Of a stretch of DNA of 64,000 bases, positions 1 to 13,012 are shown piece after piece. Position 1 is the stretch's first letter, and each line of letters opens with the position of its first letter. The notes beneath the pieces are model-generated. The model had not been told where the DNA came from and did not search any database. It saw only the letters and a list, made by a program, of their open reading frames with translations. A program made the position numbers and the translations under genes. Source of the DNA: Balanoglossus misakiensis. Its lineage: Eukaryota; Animalia; Hemichordata. The stretch is taken from NCBI GenBank assembly GCA_040954595.2, contig CM082580.2, positions 1,664,783-1,728,782 of the forward strand, given 5' to 3'.

Positions 1-3000
1 ACATATTAACCCAGGGATTTATAATCAACTTGAAATCCCCATATGAATTTTATACCTATGTCAAAGCGAAGTGCTTGCATCAATATCTACCGTGATGCAT
101 CATCAAGCTTGCTTCGCCATTTGCCCTAATGCAAAGAATCAGATTCAATGTCACCCTTGCATTAGCAATGTCAAATTACAGTTCGTTTGGCCGTATACTA
201 ACCTGGGGATTTACAATCAACTTTAAATCCCCATATGCATTATATTCTAATGTCAATGTGAAGGGCTTGAAACACCATCTATCCTGATGCATCATCAAGC
301 TTGCTTCACCATTTTCCCTGATGCAAAGAATCAGATTTAGTATCACGGTAGCATTAGCAATGTCAAATTACAGTGCCTATGGCCACGTATTAACCTCGGG
401 ATGTACGGACAACTTTAAATACCCTTGCATATACATTTAATACCTATGTCAAAATGCAGAGCTTGCATCACCATATACTCCAATGCATTATTAAGCTTGC
501 TTCGCCATTTTCCCTGATGCAAAGAATCAGATTAAATGTCACCGTTGTATTAGCAATGTCAAATTAAAGTGCTTTTGGACTTGTATTAACCCAGGGATTT
601 ACAGTCAACTTTTAATCCCCCTGTATACATTTTAAACCCCGGTGTCAAAGTTTAGTGATTGCATCACCATTGACCCTGGTGCATCATCAAGCATTCTTCA
701 GAATTTGCCCTGATGCAAAGAATCAGATTCAATGTCACCCTTGCATTAGCAATTTTAAATTACAGTGCTTTTGGACATGTATTAACCTAGGGATTTACAG
801 TCAACATTAAATACCCATGCACATGCATTAAATACCTATGTCAAAATGCATAGCTTGCATCACCATCTACTCCAATGCATCATTAAGCTTGCTTAGCCAT
901 TTCCCCTAATGCAAAGAATTACATTCAATGTCACCATTTCATTAGCAATGTCAAATTACAGTGCTTTTGGATGCGTATTAACCCAAGGATTTGTAATCAA
1001 CTTGAAATCCCCATATGCATTTAATACCCATGTCAAAGTGAACTGTTTGCATCACTATCTACCGTGATGCATCATCAAGCCTGCATCGCCATTTACCCTT
1101 ATGCATAGAATCAGATTCAATGTCACCGTTGCATTAGCAATGTCAAATAAAAGTGCTTTTGGCCATTATTAACCTAGGGATTTACAATCAACTTTAAATC
1201 CCCATATGCATTATATTCAAAAGTCAATGTGAAGGGCTTGGAACACCATCTATCCTGATGCATCATCACGTTTGCTTCACCATTTATCCATATTCAATGT
1301 CACCCTTGCATTAGTAATTTTAAATTACAGTGCTTTTGGCCATGTATTAACCTCGGGATTTAGAGTCAACTTTAAATATCAATGCGCATGCATTAAATAC
1401 CCATGTCAAAGTGAAGTGTTTGCATCACTATCTACTGAGATGCATCATCAAGCTTGCATCGCCATTTACCCTGATGCAAAGACTCAGATTCAATATCATC
1501 GTTGCATTAGCAATGTCAAATTACAGTGCTTATGGCCACGTATTAACCTGAGGATTTACAGTCAACATTAAATCCCCATATGCATTATATTCAAAAGTCA
1601 ATGTGAAGGGCTTGGAACACCATCTATCCTGATGCATCATCACGTTTGCTTCACCATTTATCCATATTCAATGTCACCCTTGCATTAGTAATTTTAAATT
1701 ACAGTGCTTTTGGCCATGTATTAACCTCGGGATTTAGAGTCAACTTTAAATATCAATGCGCATGCATTAAATACCCATGTCAAAGTGAAGTGTTTGCATC
1801 ACTATCTACTGAGATGCATCATCAAGCTTGCATCGCCATTTACCCTGATGCAAAGACTCAGATTCAATATCATCGTTGCATTAGCAATGTCAAATTACAG
1901 TGCTTATGGCCACGTATTAACCTGAGGATTTACAGTCAACATTAAATACCCATGCATATGCATTAAATACCTATGTCAAAGTGCAGAGCTTGCATCACCA
2001 TCTACTCTGATGCACCATTAGGCTTGCTACGCCATTTCCCCTAATGCAAAGAATCACATTCAATGTCACCATTGCATTAGCAATTTTAAATTACAGTGCT
2101 TTTGGCCATGTATTAACCTGGGGATTTACAATCAACTTTAAATCCCCATATGCGTTATATTCCAATGTCAATGTGAAGGGCTTGAAACACCATCTATCAT
2201 GATACATCATCAAGCTTGCTTCACAATTTACCCTGATGCAAAGAATCAGATTTAGTATCACGGTAGCATTAGCAATGTCAAATTACAGTGATTATGGCCA
2301 CGTATTAACCTGGGGATTTACAGACAACTTTAAATACCCATGCATATACATTTAATACCTATGTCAAAATGCAGAGCTTGCATCACCATATACTCCGATG
2401 CATTATTAAGCTTGCTTCACCATTTGCCCTGATGCAAAGAATCAGTTTAAATGTCACCGTTGTATTATCAATGTCAAATTACGGTGCTTTTGGACTTGTA
2501 TTAACCTGGGGATTTACAGTCAACTTTTAATCCCCCTGTATACATTTTAAACCCCGGTGTCAAAGTTTAGTGATTGCATCACCATTGACCCTGGTGCATC
2601 ATCAAGCATTCTTCAGAATTTGCCCTGATGCAAAGAATCAGATTCAATATCACCCTTGCATTAGCAATTTTAAATTACAGTGCTTTTGGACATGTGTTAA
2701 CCTGGGGATTTACAGTCAACATTAAATACCCATGCATAGGCATTAAATACCTATGTCACAATGCATAGCTTACATCACCATCTACTCTGATGCACCATTA
2801 TGCTCGCTACGCCATTTCCCCTAATGCAAAGAATGACATTCAATGTCACCATTGCATTTGCAATTGTAAATTACAGTGCTTTTGGCCATGTATTAACCTA
2901 GGGATTTTCAATCAACTTTAAATCCCCATATGCGTTATATTCCATTGTCAATGTGAAGGGCTTGAAACACCATCTGTCCTGATGCATCATCAAGCTTGCT

Positions 3001-6000
3001 TCACAATTTACCCCGATGGAAAGAATCAGATTTAATGTCATGGTAGCATTAGCAATGTCAAACTACAGTGCTTATGGCCACGTATCAACCTGGGGATTTA
3101 CAATCAACTTTAAATCCCCATATGCGTTATATTCCAATGTCAATGTGAAGGGCTTGAAATACCATCTACCCTGATGCATCATCAAGTTTGTTTTGACAAC
3201 TTTAAATCCCCCTCAGCATGCATTTAATCCCCATGTCAAAGTGCAGAGCTTGCATCACCATCTATCCTGATGCATCATCAAGCTGCTTCGCCATTTGCCC
3301 TGATGCAAAGAATCAGATATAGTGTCACCATTGCATAAGCAATGTCAAATTACAGTGCTTTTGGACACGTATTAACACAGGGATTTATAATCTATTTGAA
3401 ATCCCTATATGCTTTTTATACCCATGTCTAAGCGAAGTGTTTGCATCACTATCTACTGTGATGCATCGTCAAGCATGCTTCGCCATTTGCCTTAATGCAA
3501 AGAATCAGATTAAATGTCACTGTTGCATTCGCAATGTCAAATTACTGTGCTTTTGGCCACGTATTAACCTGGCGATTTACAGTCAACTTTAAACATCTGT
3601 GCATATGCATTAAATACGCATGTCAAAGTGCAGTGTCTCCATCACCATTGATCCTGATGCATCACCAAGCATGCTTCGCTATATGCCCTGATGCAAAGAA
3701 TCAGATTTAGTATCACAGTAGCATTAGCCATGTCAAATTACAGTGCTTTTGGCTATGTATTAACCTGGGGATTTACAATCAACTTTAAATCCCCATATGC
3801 ATTATATTCCAATGTCAATGTGAAGGGCTTGAAATACCATCTACCCTGATGCATCATCAAGTTTGTTTCGCCATTAACCCTGATGCAAATAATCAGTGTC
3901 ACCATAGCATCAGCAATGTCAAATTACTGAGCATTTGGCCATGTATTAACTTGCGGGTTTACAATCAACTTCAAATCCCCATATGCATTATATTGCAATG
4001 TTAACTTGAACGGCTTGAAACACCATCTATACTGATGCATCATCAAGCTTTCTTCACAATTTACCCTGATGCAAAGAATCAGATTTAGTGTCGCCATAGC
4101 ATTAGCAATGGCAAATAAAAGTGCTTTCGGCCACATATTAACCCAGGGATTTATAATCAACTTGAAATCCCTATATGAATTTTATACCTATGTCAAAGCG
4201 AAGTGCTTGCATCAATATCTACCGTGATGCATCATCAAGCTTGCTTCGCCATTTGCCCTAATGCAAAGAATCAGATTCAATGTCACTGTTGCATTAGCAA
4301 TGTCAAATTATAGTGCGTTTGGCCGTATACTAACCTGGGGATTTACAATCAACTTTAAATCCCCATATGCATTATATTCTAATGTCAATGTGAAGGGCTT
4401 GAAACACCATCTATCATGATGCATCATCAAGCTTGCTTCACCATTTTCCCTGATGCAAAAAATCAGATTTAGTGTCATGGTAGCATTAGCAAATCCCTAT
4501 ATGCATTTGATACCCATGTCAAAGTGAAGTGTTTGCATCACTATCTACCGTGATGCATCATCAAGCTTGCATCGCCATTCACCCTTATGCAAAGAATCAG
4601 ATTCAATGTCACCGTTGCATTAGCAATGTCAAATTACAGTGCTTATGGCCACGTATTAACCTGAGGATTTACAGTCAACATTAAATACCCATGCATATCC
4701 ATTAAATACCTATGTCAAAGTGTAGAGCTTGCATCACCATTTACTCTGATGCACCATTAGGCTTGCTACGCCATTTCCCCTAATGCAAAGAATCACATTC
4801 AATGTCACCATTGCATTAGCAATTTTAAATTACAGTGTTTTTGGCCATGTATTAACCTATGGATTTGCAATTAACTTTAAATCCCCATATGCGTTATATT
4901 CCAATGTCAAGTGAAGGGCTTGAAACACCATCTATCCTGATGCATCATCAAGCTTGCTTCACAATTTACCCTGATGCAAAAAATCACATTCAGCGTCACC
5001 ATTTCATTAGCAATGTCAAATTACAGTGCTTATTGCCACGTATTAACCTGGGAATTTACAGACAACTTTAAATACCCATGCATATACATTAAATACCTAT
5101 GTCAAAGTGCAGAGCTTGCATCACCATCTACTCTGATGCATCATTAGGTTTGCATCGCCATTCCCCATAATGCAAAGAATCAGATTCAATGTCACCCTTG
5201 CATTAGCAATTTTAAATTACAGTGCTTTTGGACATATATTAACCTGGGGATTTACAGTCGACATTAAATACCCATGCATATGCATTAAATATCTATGTCA
5301 AAGTGCAGAGCTTGCATCACCATCTACTCTGATGTACCATTATGCTTGCTACGCCATTTCCCCTAATGCAAAGAATGACATTCAATGTCACCATTGCATT
5401 TGCAATTTTAAATTACAGTGCTTTTGGCCATGTATTAACCTAGGGATTTTCAATCAACTTTAAATCCCCATATGCGTTATATTCCATTGTCAATGTGAAG
5501 GGCTTGAAACACCATCTGTCCTGATGCATCATCAAGCTTGCTTCACAATTTACCCCGATGGAAAGAATCAGATTTAATGTCACGGTAGCATTAGCAATGT
5601 CAAACTACAGTGCTTATGGCCACGTATCAACCTGGGGATTTACAATCAACTTTAAATCCCCATATGCGTTATATTCCAATGTCAATGTGAAGGGCTTGAA
5701 ATACCTTCTACCCTGATGCATCATCAAGTTTGTTTTGACAACTTTAAATCCCCCTCAGCATGCATTTAATCCTCATGTCAAAGTGCAGAGCTTGCATCAC
5801 CATCTATCCTGATGCATCATCAAGCTGCTTCGCCATTAACCCTGATGCAAATAATCAGTGTCACCATAGCATTAGCAATGGCAAATAAAAGTGCTTTCGG
5901 CCACATATTAACCCAGGGATTTATAATCAACTTGAAATCCCCATATGAATTTTATACCTATGTCAAAGCGAAGTGCTTGCATCAATATCTACCGTGATGC

Positions 6001-8078
6001 ATCATCAAGCTTGCTTCGCCATTTGCCCTAATGCAAAGAATCAGATTCAATGTCACTGTAGCATTAGCAATGTCAAATTACAGTGCTTTTGGCCATACAA
6101 TCAACTTTAAATCCCCATGTGCGTTATATTCCAATGTCAATGTGAAGGGCTTGAAACACCATCTATCATGATACATCATCAAGCTTGCTTCACAATTTAC
6201 CCTGATGCAAAGAATCAGATTTAGTATCACGGTAGCATTAGCAATGTCAAATTACAGTGCCTATGGCCACGTATTAACCTCGGGATTTACGGACAACTTT
6301 AAATACCCATGCATATACATTTAATACCTATGTCAAAGTGCAGAGCTTGCATCACCATTTACTCCGATGCATTATTAAGCTTGCTTCACCATTTTCCCTG
6401 ATGCAAAGAATCAGATTAAATGTCACCGTTGTATTAGCAATGTCAAATTAAAGTGCTTTTGGACTTGTATTAACCTGGGGATTTACAGTCAACTTTTAAT
6501 CCCCCTGTATACATTTTAAACCCCGGTGTAAAAGTTTAGTGATTGCATCACCATTGACCCTGGTGCATCATCAAGCATTCTTCAGAATTTGCCCTGATGC
6601 AAAGAATCAGATTCAATGTCACCCTTGCATTAGCAATTTTAAATTACAGTGCTTTTGGACATGTATTAACCTAGGGATTTACAGTCAACATTAAATACCC
6701 ATGCACATGCATTAAATACCTATGTCAAAATGCATAGCTTGCATCACCATCTACTCCAATGCATCATTAAACTTTTAGCCATTTCCCCTAATGCAAAGAA
6801 TTACATTCAATGTCACCATTTCATTAGCAATGTCAAACTACAGTGCTTTTGGGTGCGTATTAACCCAGGGATTTGTAATCAACTTGAAATCCCCATATGC
6901 ATTTAATACCCATGTCAGAGTGAACTGTTTGCATAACTATCTACCGTGATGCATCATCAAGCCTGTATCGCCATTTACCCTGATGCATAGAATCAGATTC
7001 AATGTCACCATTTCATTAGCAATGTCAAACTACAGTGCTTTTGGGTGCGTATTAACCCAGGGATTTGTAATCAACTTGAAATCCCCATATGCATTTAATA
7101 CCCATGTCAGAGTGAACTGTTTGCATAACTATCTACCGTGATGCATCATCAAGCCTGTATCGCCATTTATCCTGATGCATAGAATCAGATTCAATGTCAC
7201 CGTTGCATTAGCAATGTCAAATAAAAGTGCTTTTGGCCATGTATTAACCTAGGGATTTACAATCAACTTTAAATCCCCATATGCATTATATTCAAAAGTC
7301 AATGTGAAGGGCTTCAAACACCATCTATCCTGATGCATCATCACGTTTGCTTCACCATTTATCCATATTCAATGTCACGCTTGCATTAGTAATTTTAAAT
7401 TACAGTGCTTTTGGCCATGTATTAACCTCGGGATTTAGAGTCAACTTTAAATATCAATGCGCATGCATTAAATACCCATGTCAAAGTGAAGTGTTTGCAT
7501 CACTATCTACCGGGATGCATCATCAAGCTTGCATCGCCATTTACCCTGATGCAAAGAATCAGATTCAATATCATCGTTGCATTAGCAATGTCAAATTACA
7601 GTGCTTATGGCCACGTATTAACCTGAGGATATACAATCAACTTTAAATCCCCATATGCGTTATATTCCAATGTCAATGTGAAGGGCTTGAAACACCATCT
7701 ATCATGATGCATCATCAAGCTTGCTTCACAATTTACCCTGATGCAAGAATCAGATTTAGTGTCACGGTAGCATTAGCAATGTCAAATTACAGTGCTTTTG
7801 GCCACGTATTAACCTGGGGATTTACAGTCAACATTAAATACCCATGCACATGCATTAAATACCTATGTCAAAGTGAAGTGTTTGCATCAATATCTACCTG
7901 GCTGCATCATCAAGCTTGCATCGCCATTCCCCCTAATGCAAAGAATCAGATTCAATGTCATCGTTGCATTAGCAATGTCAAATAAAATTGCTTTTGGACA
8001 CGTATTAACCCGGGGATTTCAGTCAACTTTTAGTATCCCTGTATGCATTTTAAACCCCGGTGTCAACGTTTAGTGATT
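1..8078. repeat. Tandem satellite DNA, 192/196-bp monomer with higher-order repeat organisation
   Basis: GCAAAGAATCAGATT-type anchor recurs at 131, 323, 519, 715, 911, 1103 (spacing 192 or 196). Identical 99-aa ORFs at 1272 and 1646 and a near-identical one at 7347 mark duplicated blocks. Array is open at the window start and ends abruptly at ~8078. Confidence 0.97.
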
Positions 8079-9724
8079 AACTTCTTTGCTATTTAAACAT
8101 TACATTTTGAGTAAAAGGGGTGAAATGGGATTAAAGTTTATAGTGACATATCGAAAAGAATCTATTTGAATTCGTTCATTTCTGAAATCATATCGAAAAG
8201 AATCTATTTCAATTCGTTCATATCTGAAATATGATAATACGAATATGCATGTTTTATTCGCCATATATGAACACCAATGAAAAGTTATGTTTCCAGCTTA
8301 GGTATCGGTGGATTTGAACCACCTGACATCAGAAGACGCCTCCAGAATACCTTTAAATTGGTTGCATAATTTTCATGTGAATGTTCATAATATAGCGAGT
8401 GATTAATCCCTAATTTATTGTTTTGGGGGGGGGGGGTGGGGGTGGGGGGGGGGGAGTTCAAGTAGCATATCTTGCAGGCCAATTTGAAACAATGTGTCAT
8501 GTGGTTAAACTGAAAGAAATTAACCAATATAGTTTCAGCTCTTTTTGAAACAAGGTGTCATTTGGTTGAACAATGGGCCAGTCAAAATAGCATCTGCTAA
8601 TTATGCACACAATAGTGTGATGGGTTAGTGGGTTAAGTTTACTTTTACCTTAGCGTTATATAACACACTATCGTGTACATAATCTCGCAGAGCTCATTCA
8701 CAATTGTTTTAAAATAAAGCAAGATAACTACATGTATGATAACACACATCTAATTTACGCGCCTAAAGGGCAGTTAAAAAACCTCATACCAATTACAAAA
8801 GAGGGAAAAAAAACTGTCCTCTCCTCCTCTCACCCCATGATCTAAGCTAAATTTGGAATTTGGATGGGGTGGGGAGGTTAAGCTAACCTAACATTGTGCT
8901 AACATTTTCTGCCTGTCTGTCGCGTACAATGTGTCGATGCGCGAATACAATCACGGGTACCGTTGCGAGAAATTCCACCGAATAACGATGCTGACGAGTA
9001 TTATCTATCTGAGAAATAATAGCATGTTATTCATAAAATATACACATTAACCAATGAATGAACCAACATGATTATTAGACCTTGGACACTTATTTAACAT
9101 TTTATCATTATTATACCTCTGTCATCATCATCAATATTAACACCCTTTTTATACTTAATATCACCATAAGCCATCACCACAATTATTAATCGTTATTATA
9201 CCCTTGCACAATTGTTACCCTTATTAAACCCGACACAGTTATTACTATTATTATACCCTTCTCATTCATATACCCATTATAACCTGTGTACACAAGCCAT
9301 CATCATATTATAAACCCGTTATACCTTTATACCACATTTGTTACCCTAATATTATTCCCTTCATACAAGCAACCGTTGTTACCCCTTTATAACCTGTGTA
9401 CACTCAAATTTTACCATAAAACCATCATCACATTTGTAACCCTTTTATTAAACCAAATTCAAATTTGTTCACCGTTATTATACCATACACATTTCGGAAC
9501 CTATTATCATACCCTGCACAAAGCCATTGCTGTTAACCTAATTTTAAAACAAGTAATCACTACCAATTATTAACCCGATTTATTGGACTATTAAGTTTTA
9601 TATTACGATCACCTCGTTTTGTACGTCTATATTACTCTATCTTATAATTTTGGTCAATAGGATATTATGTTGAAACTCCACTTCTCCATTCTTCCACTTC
9701 TCCATTCTTCCACTTCTCCATCCT

Positions 9725-10205
9725 TTAGGTTGACGCTCCATCCATCCATCCATCAAAGTTTATATTAGTAGGTTGACTATGGTTGACTCTCCGCTCCATC
9801 CTCCCATCAAATTTTACGTTAGTTGGTTGATTATGGTGTTACCAGTGTGCCCTACAGGAAAGAAAAAGAGGAAAAAACAGAGAAAAAACTCCACTTCTCC
9901 ATCCTTCCACTTCTCCATCCTTTAAGTTGACGCTCCGCGGCACCATCCATCCATCAAAGTTTATATTTTAGTAAGTTGACTATGGTTGACGCTCCGCTCC
10001 ATCCATCCATCAAAGTTTATATTAGTAGGTTGACTATGGTTGACGCTCCGCTCCATTCATCCATCAAAGTTTATATTAGTAGGTTGACTATGGTTGACGC
10101 TCCCCTCCATCCATCCATCAAAGTTTATATTAGTAGGTTGACTATGGTTGACACTCCGCTCCATCCATCCATCAAATTTTACGTTAGTAGGTTGATTATG
10201 GTGTT
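9725..10205. repeat. 54-bp minisatellite (TTGACTATGGTTGACGCTCCGCTCCATCCATCCATCAAAGTTTATATTAGTAGG)n
   Basis: About four tandem copies at ~9975-10200 (seen as the 18-aa repeat TMVDAPLHPSIKVYISRL in ORF 9976..10428) plus a shorter upstream copy of the same module at ~9675-9890; followed by a (GAAA)-rich tract. Confidence 0.9.
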
Positions 10206-13012
10206 ACCATTGGGGCCTACAGGGAAAAAAAGAAAAAAAAGAGAAAAGAAGAGAAAAAAAGAAAGAAAGAAAGAAAGAGAGAGAGAAGGAGAAGAGTACC
10301 GGTGGGACCTACAAAAAAAAAAGAATGAAAGAATTAAATGCATGAAATCAATGATAATAATAGGATTAATTTGGCAAGCCAGCCCAACCCAACATACTGC
10401 GGGTCAAGGGGTACATATCGTCAATTAATGGAAAAAAAATAAAGTGCAACAAACATTGGCTAGGTCAAAGCAGTTCCTATGGATACCAGAGAGTGCCAAT
10501 GCTGTATCTGCTATGTATATAGGAAAGCAGATCAAAGGTCACCAAGAGCTCACCCAAAATTGTCAACAAATGTTTCTTCCAAAATTATCAGTGTAAAATG
10601 AAAAACAAGACTTCTGGCTCTATTGGTTAACCTGGTAATTAGGTGTTCCAGCCCTCAAAATTTGAAGGCGTTATCTGCTGTGCATGCCAAGGCAGGGAAA
10701 ATAGGTTTAAGGTAACCAAAGCTAACAAAAATGTCAGAAAAAAATGTGATCGCATACTGGTGAATGTTCAAGAAAACCCAGACTCAAAGCTTCATTATCT
10801 AGTCTACAATTACGTAAGCACATATTTATAAGGTTATCATTGGTCAAGAAATTCAGCAAAAAAATTAAGTCCAATAGTAGAGCATGTTCATAAAAAATTC
10901 AACCTGTAACAATATGGGTAAGCTCAGCATTAGATATTCACATATTTAATAAGCTCAACATTGGTCCAGTGGATTCCAAATGTAACAAAAAAAGCTAAGT
11001 CCCATACTTGTCCATATACATCAAAAACCAAACCTCTAGTGCTATTAGTCTAGTCGCCATAAGATATTCAGAAAAGAATACAGGTGCCAAACTTAGGACA
11101 AAGTTCAATGCCAATATTATCAAACAATTTGGGTTATGTCCTGGCAGCAGTACTATTCGTGTGAAAAATAAATCATCACTGTTTTGCTTTTCAACAAGAG
11201 GCATATCCACGAATAATTAAGTTCTGAAAAAAAAATGGATCAAAGTACATGCGAAAGTTGCCAAAAAATGCAACGTATTCTGGTCATATGGTGACTCGTA
11301 TCTATAAAAAGAATTGGTGTGCAATCAAAGTTTTTAATCAGAATTCATAAAATCCAATTTGGCTTCAATAAACTTTAATTAAGTTCTGAAAGATCTGGAT
11401 CAAAAGACAAATGAAAGTTGCCTAAAAATTTGTATTATTAAGTGTTGGAAAAACTGGATTAAAGGACATGTGCAATATGCCAAAAATGGTAACATATTCT
11501 GGTCATATAGTGAGTCATATACATATAAATAATGTTTGTGCTATCAATGAGTAGGCCATAAATAGGAAATCTTAGTTTTAAATCGTTGTTCAGAAAATCC
11601 AATTTGGCTCCAATAAGGTTTAACCAATCACAATTCACTTGAAAACTTGATTAGAAAAAGTGTTTTAATGATATTTTTCAAAAATCTAATAAGGAATTCT
11701 AAGTCACATGACTACTAGCAATATTACAGTCAAACTTTGAACTGCACAGTATATTCGAACTTGATTGTCCCTGTAGTTTTGGAAAAGAACTGTCATCTTT
11801 TAAAGGTTATCAGAAAATCCAATATGGCCACCCTGAAGAAGACAATTAAAGGAACATGCAGCATTACAGGGACCAAAGCAGTTAGCATGGTTCCAACAGA
11901 AAGCAAACTCTGTATCTGTTGTGGATGCTTAGAAATGGTAGGTAAGCCAGAGGTCACGGAAATTTGTGGCAACAAATTTTGACATCAAACTGATCAGTGT
12001 TCAACAAAAAAACAGACTTTTATTCTCAATTGGTTAACTAGAAAAAGCTTATGTACACAACTTTTGTGTTAAAGTTTAATACTTTATTAGGTGTTTAAGG
12101 CCTAAAAATCTGAAGGCTGTATCTGTTGTGCAGGCCAGGTTATGGGAAAGTACATCAAAGGTCATTGCCAAAATTATCAAAATATTTGGGTTATGTCCTG
12201 GCAGCAGTAGTACTCTTTGAACAAAATCATGACTGTTGAGCTTTTTATCAAGAGCCATATCCACATAAAATTAAGTTATGGAATTACTGGATCAAAGGAC
12301 ATGCGAGAGTCACCAACAAATTGTTTAATCAAATACTGAAAAAAAACTGGATCAAAGAACATATGAAAGTTGTCAAAAAATGTAACATATTCTAGTCATA
12401 TGGTGACTCGTATCCACAGAAAGAATTTGTGTGCTTTCAATGAGTAGGATAAAAAAAGGAATTTTAGCTTTTAATCGGAGTTCAGAAAATCCAATTTGGC
12501 TCTGATAAGGTTAAACCAATCACAATTCACTTGAAAACTTGATTAGAAAAAGATTTTCGTAATTTTTGAATGAGATTTTTAAAAAATCCAATAAGGCACC
12601 AAAAGTCACATGACCACTAATGATATTTTATCAAACTTTCAACCGCACAGTAAATTAGAACTTGATTGGCCCTGTAGTTTATGAAAATGTCAACCTTTAA
12701 AGCTTATTAGAAAATCCAATATGGCCGCCATGAAGAAGACAATTACAACTAAAAGTAGCATTGGAGGGACCAAGGTGTTAAGCATGGTTCCAACAGAAAG
12801 CAGAGGCTGTGTCTGTTGTGGATGCCCAGAAATGGTAAAGTACGCCAGAGGTGAGGCAAAATGTGCCAACAAAATTTGATACCAAACTGATCAGTGTCCA
12901 ACAAAAAGCAGACTTCTACGCTTTATTGGTTAACTTTAAATAGCTCATATACATAATTAGTGTGTTAAAGTTAACACATGCACTTCATTAGGTGTTCCAG
13001 TCCTCTAAATTT

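Noticed and set aside
1272-8073. Repeated 60-99 aa ORFs in the first satellite
   Set aside because: Chance open frames in satellite monomers; identity between them reflects DNA duplication.
9976-10428. 150-aa repetitive, basic ORF
   Set aside because: Translation of a 54-bp minisatellite plus a (GAAA) tract.
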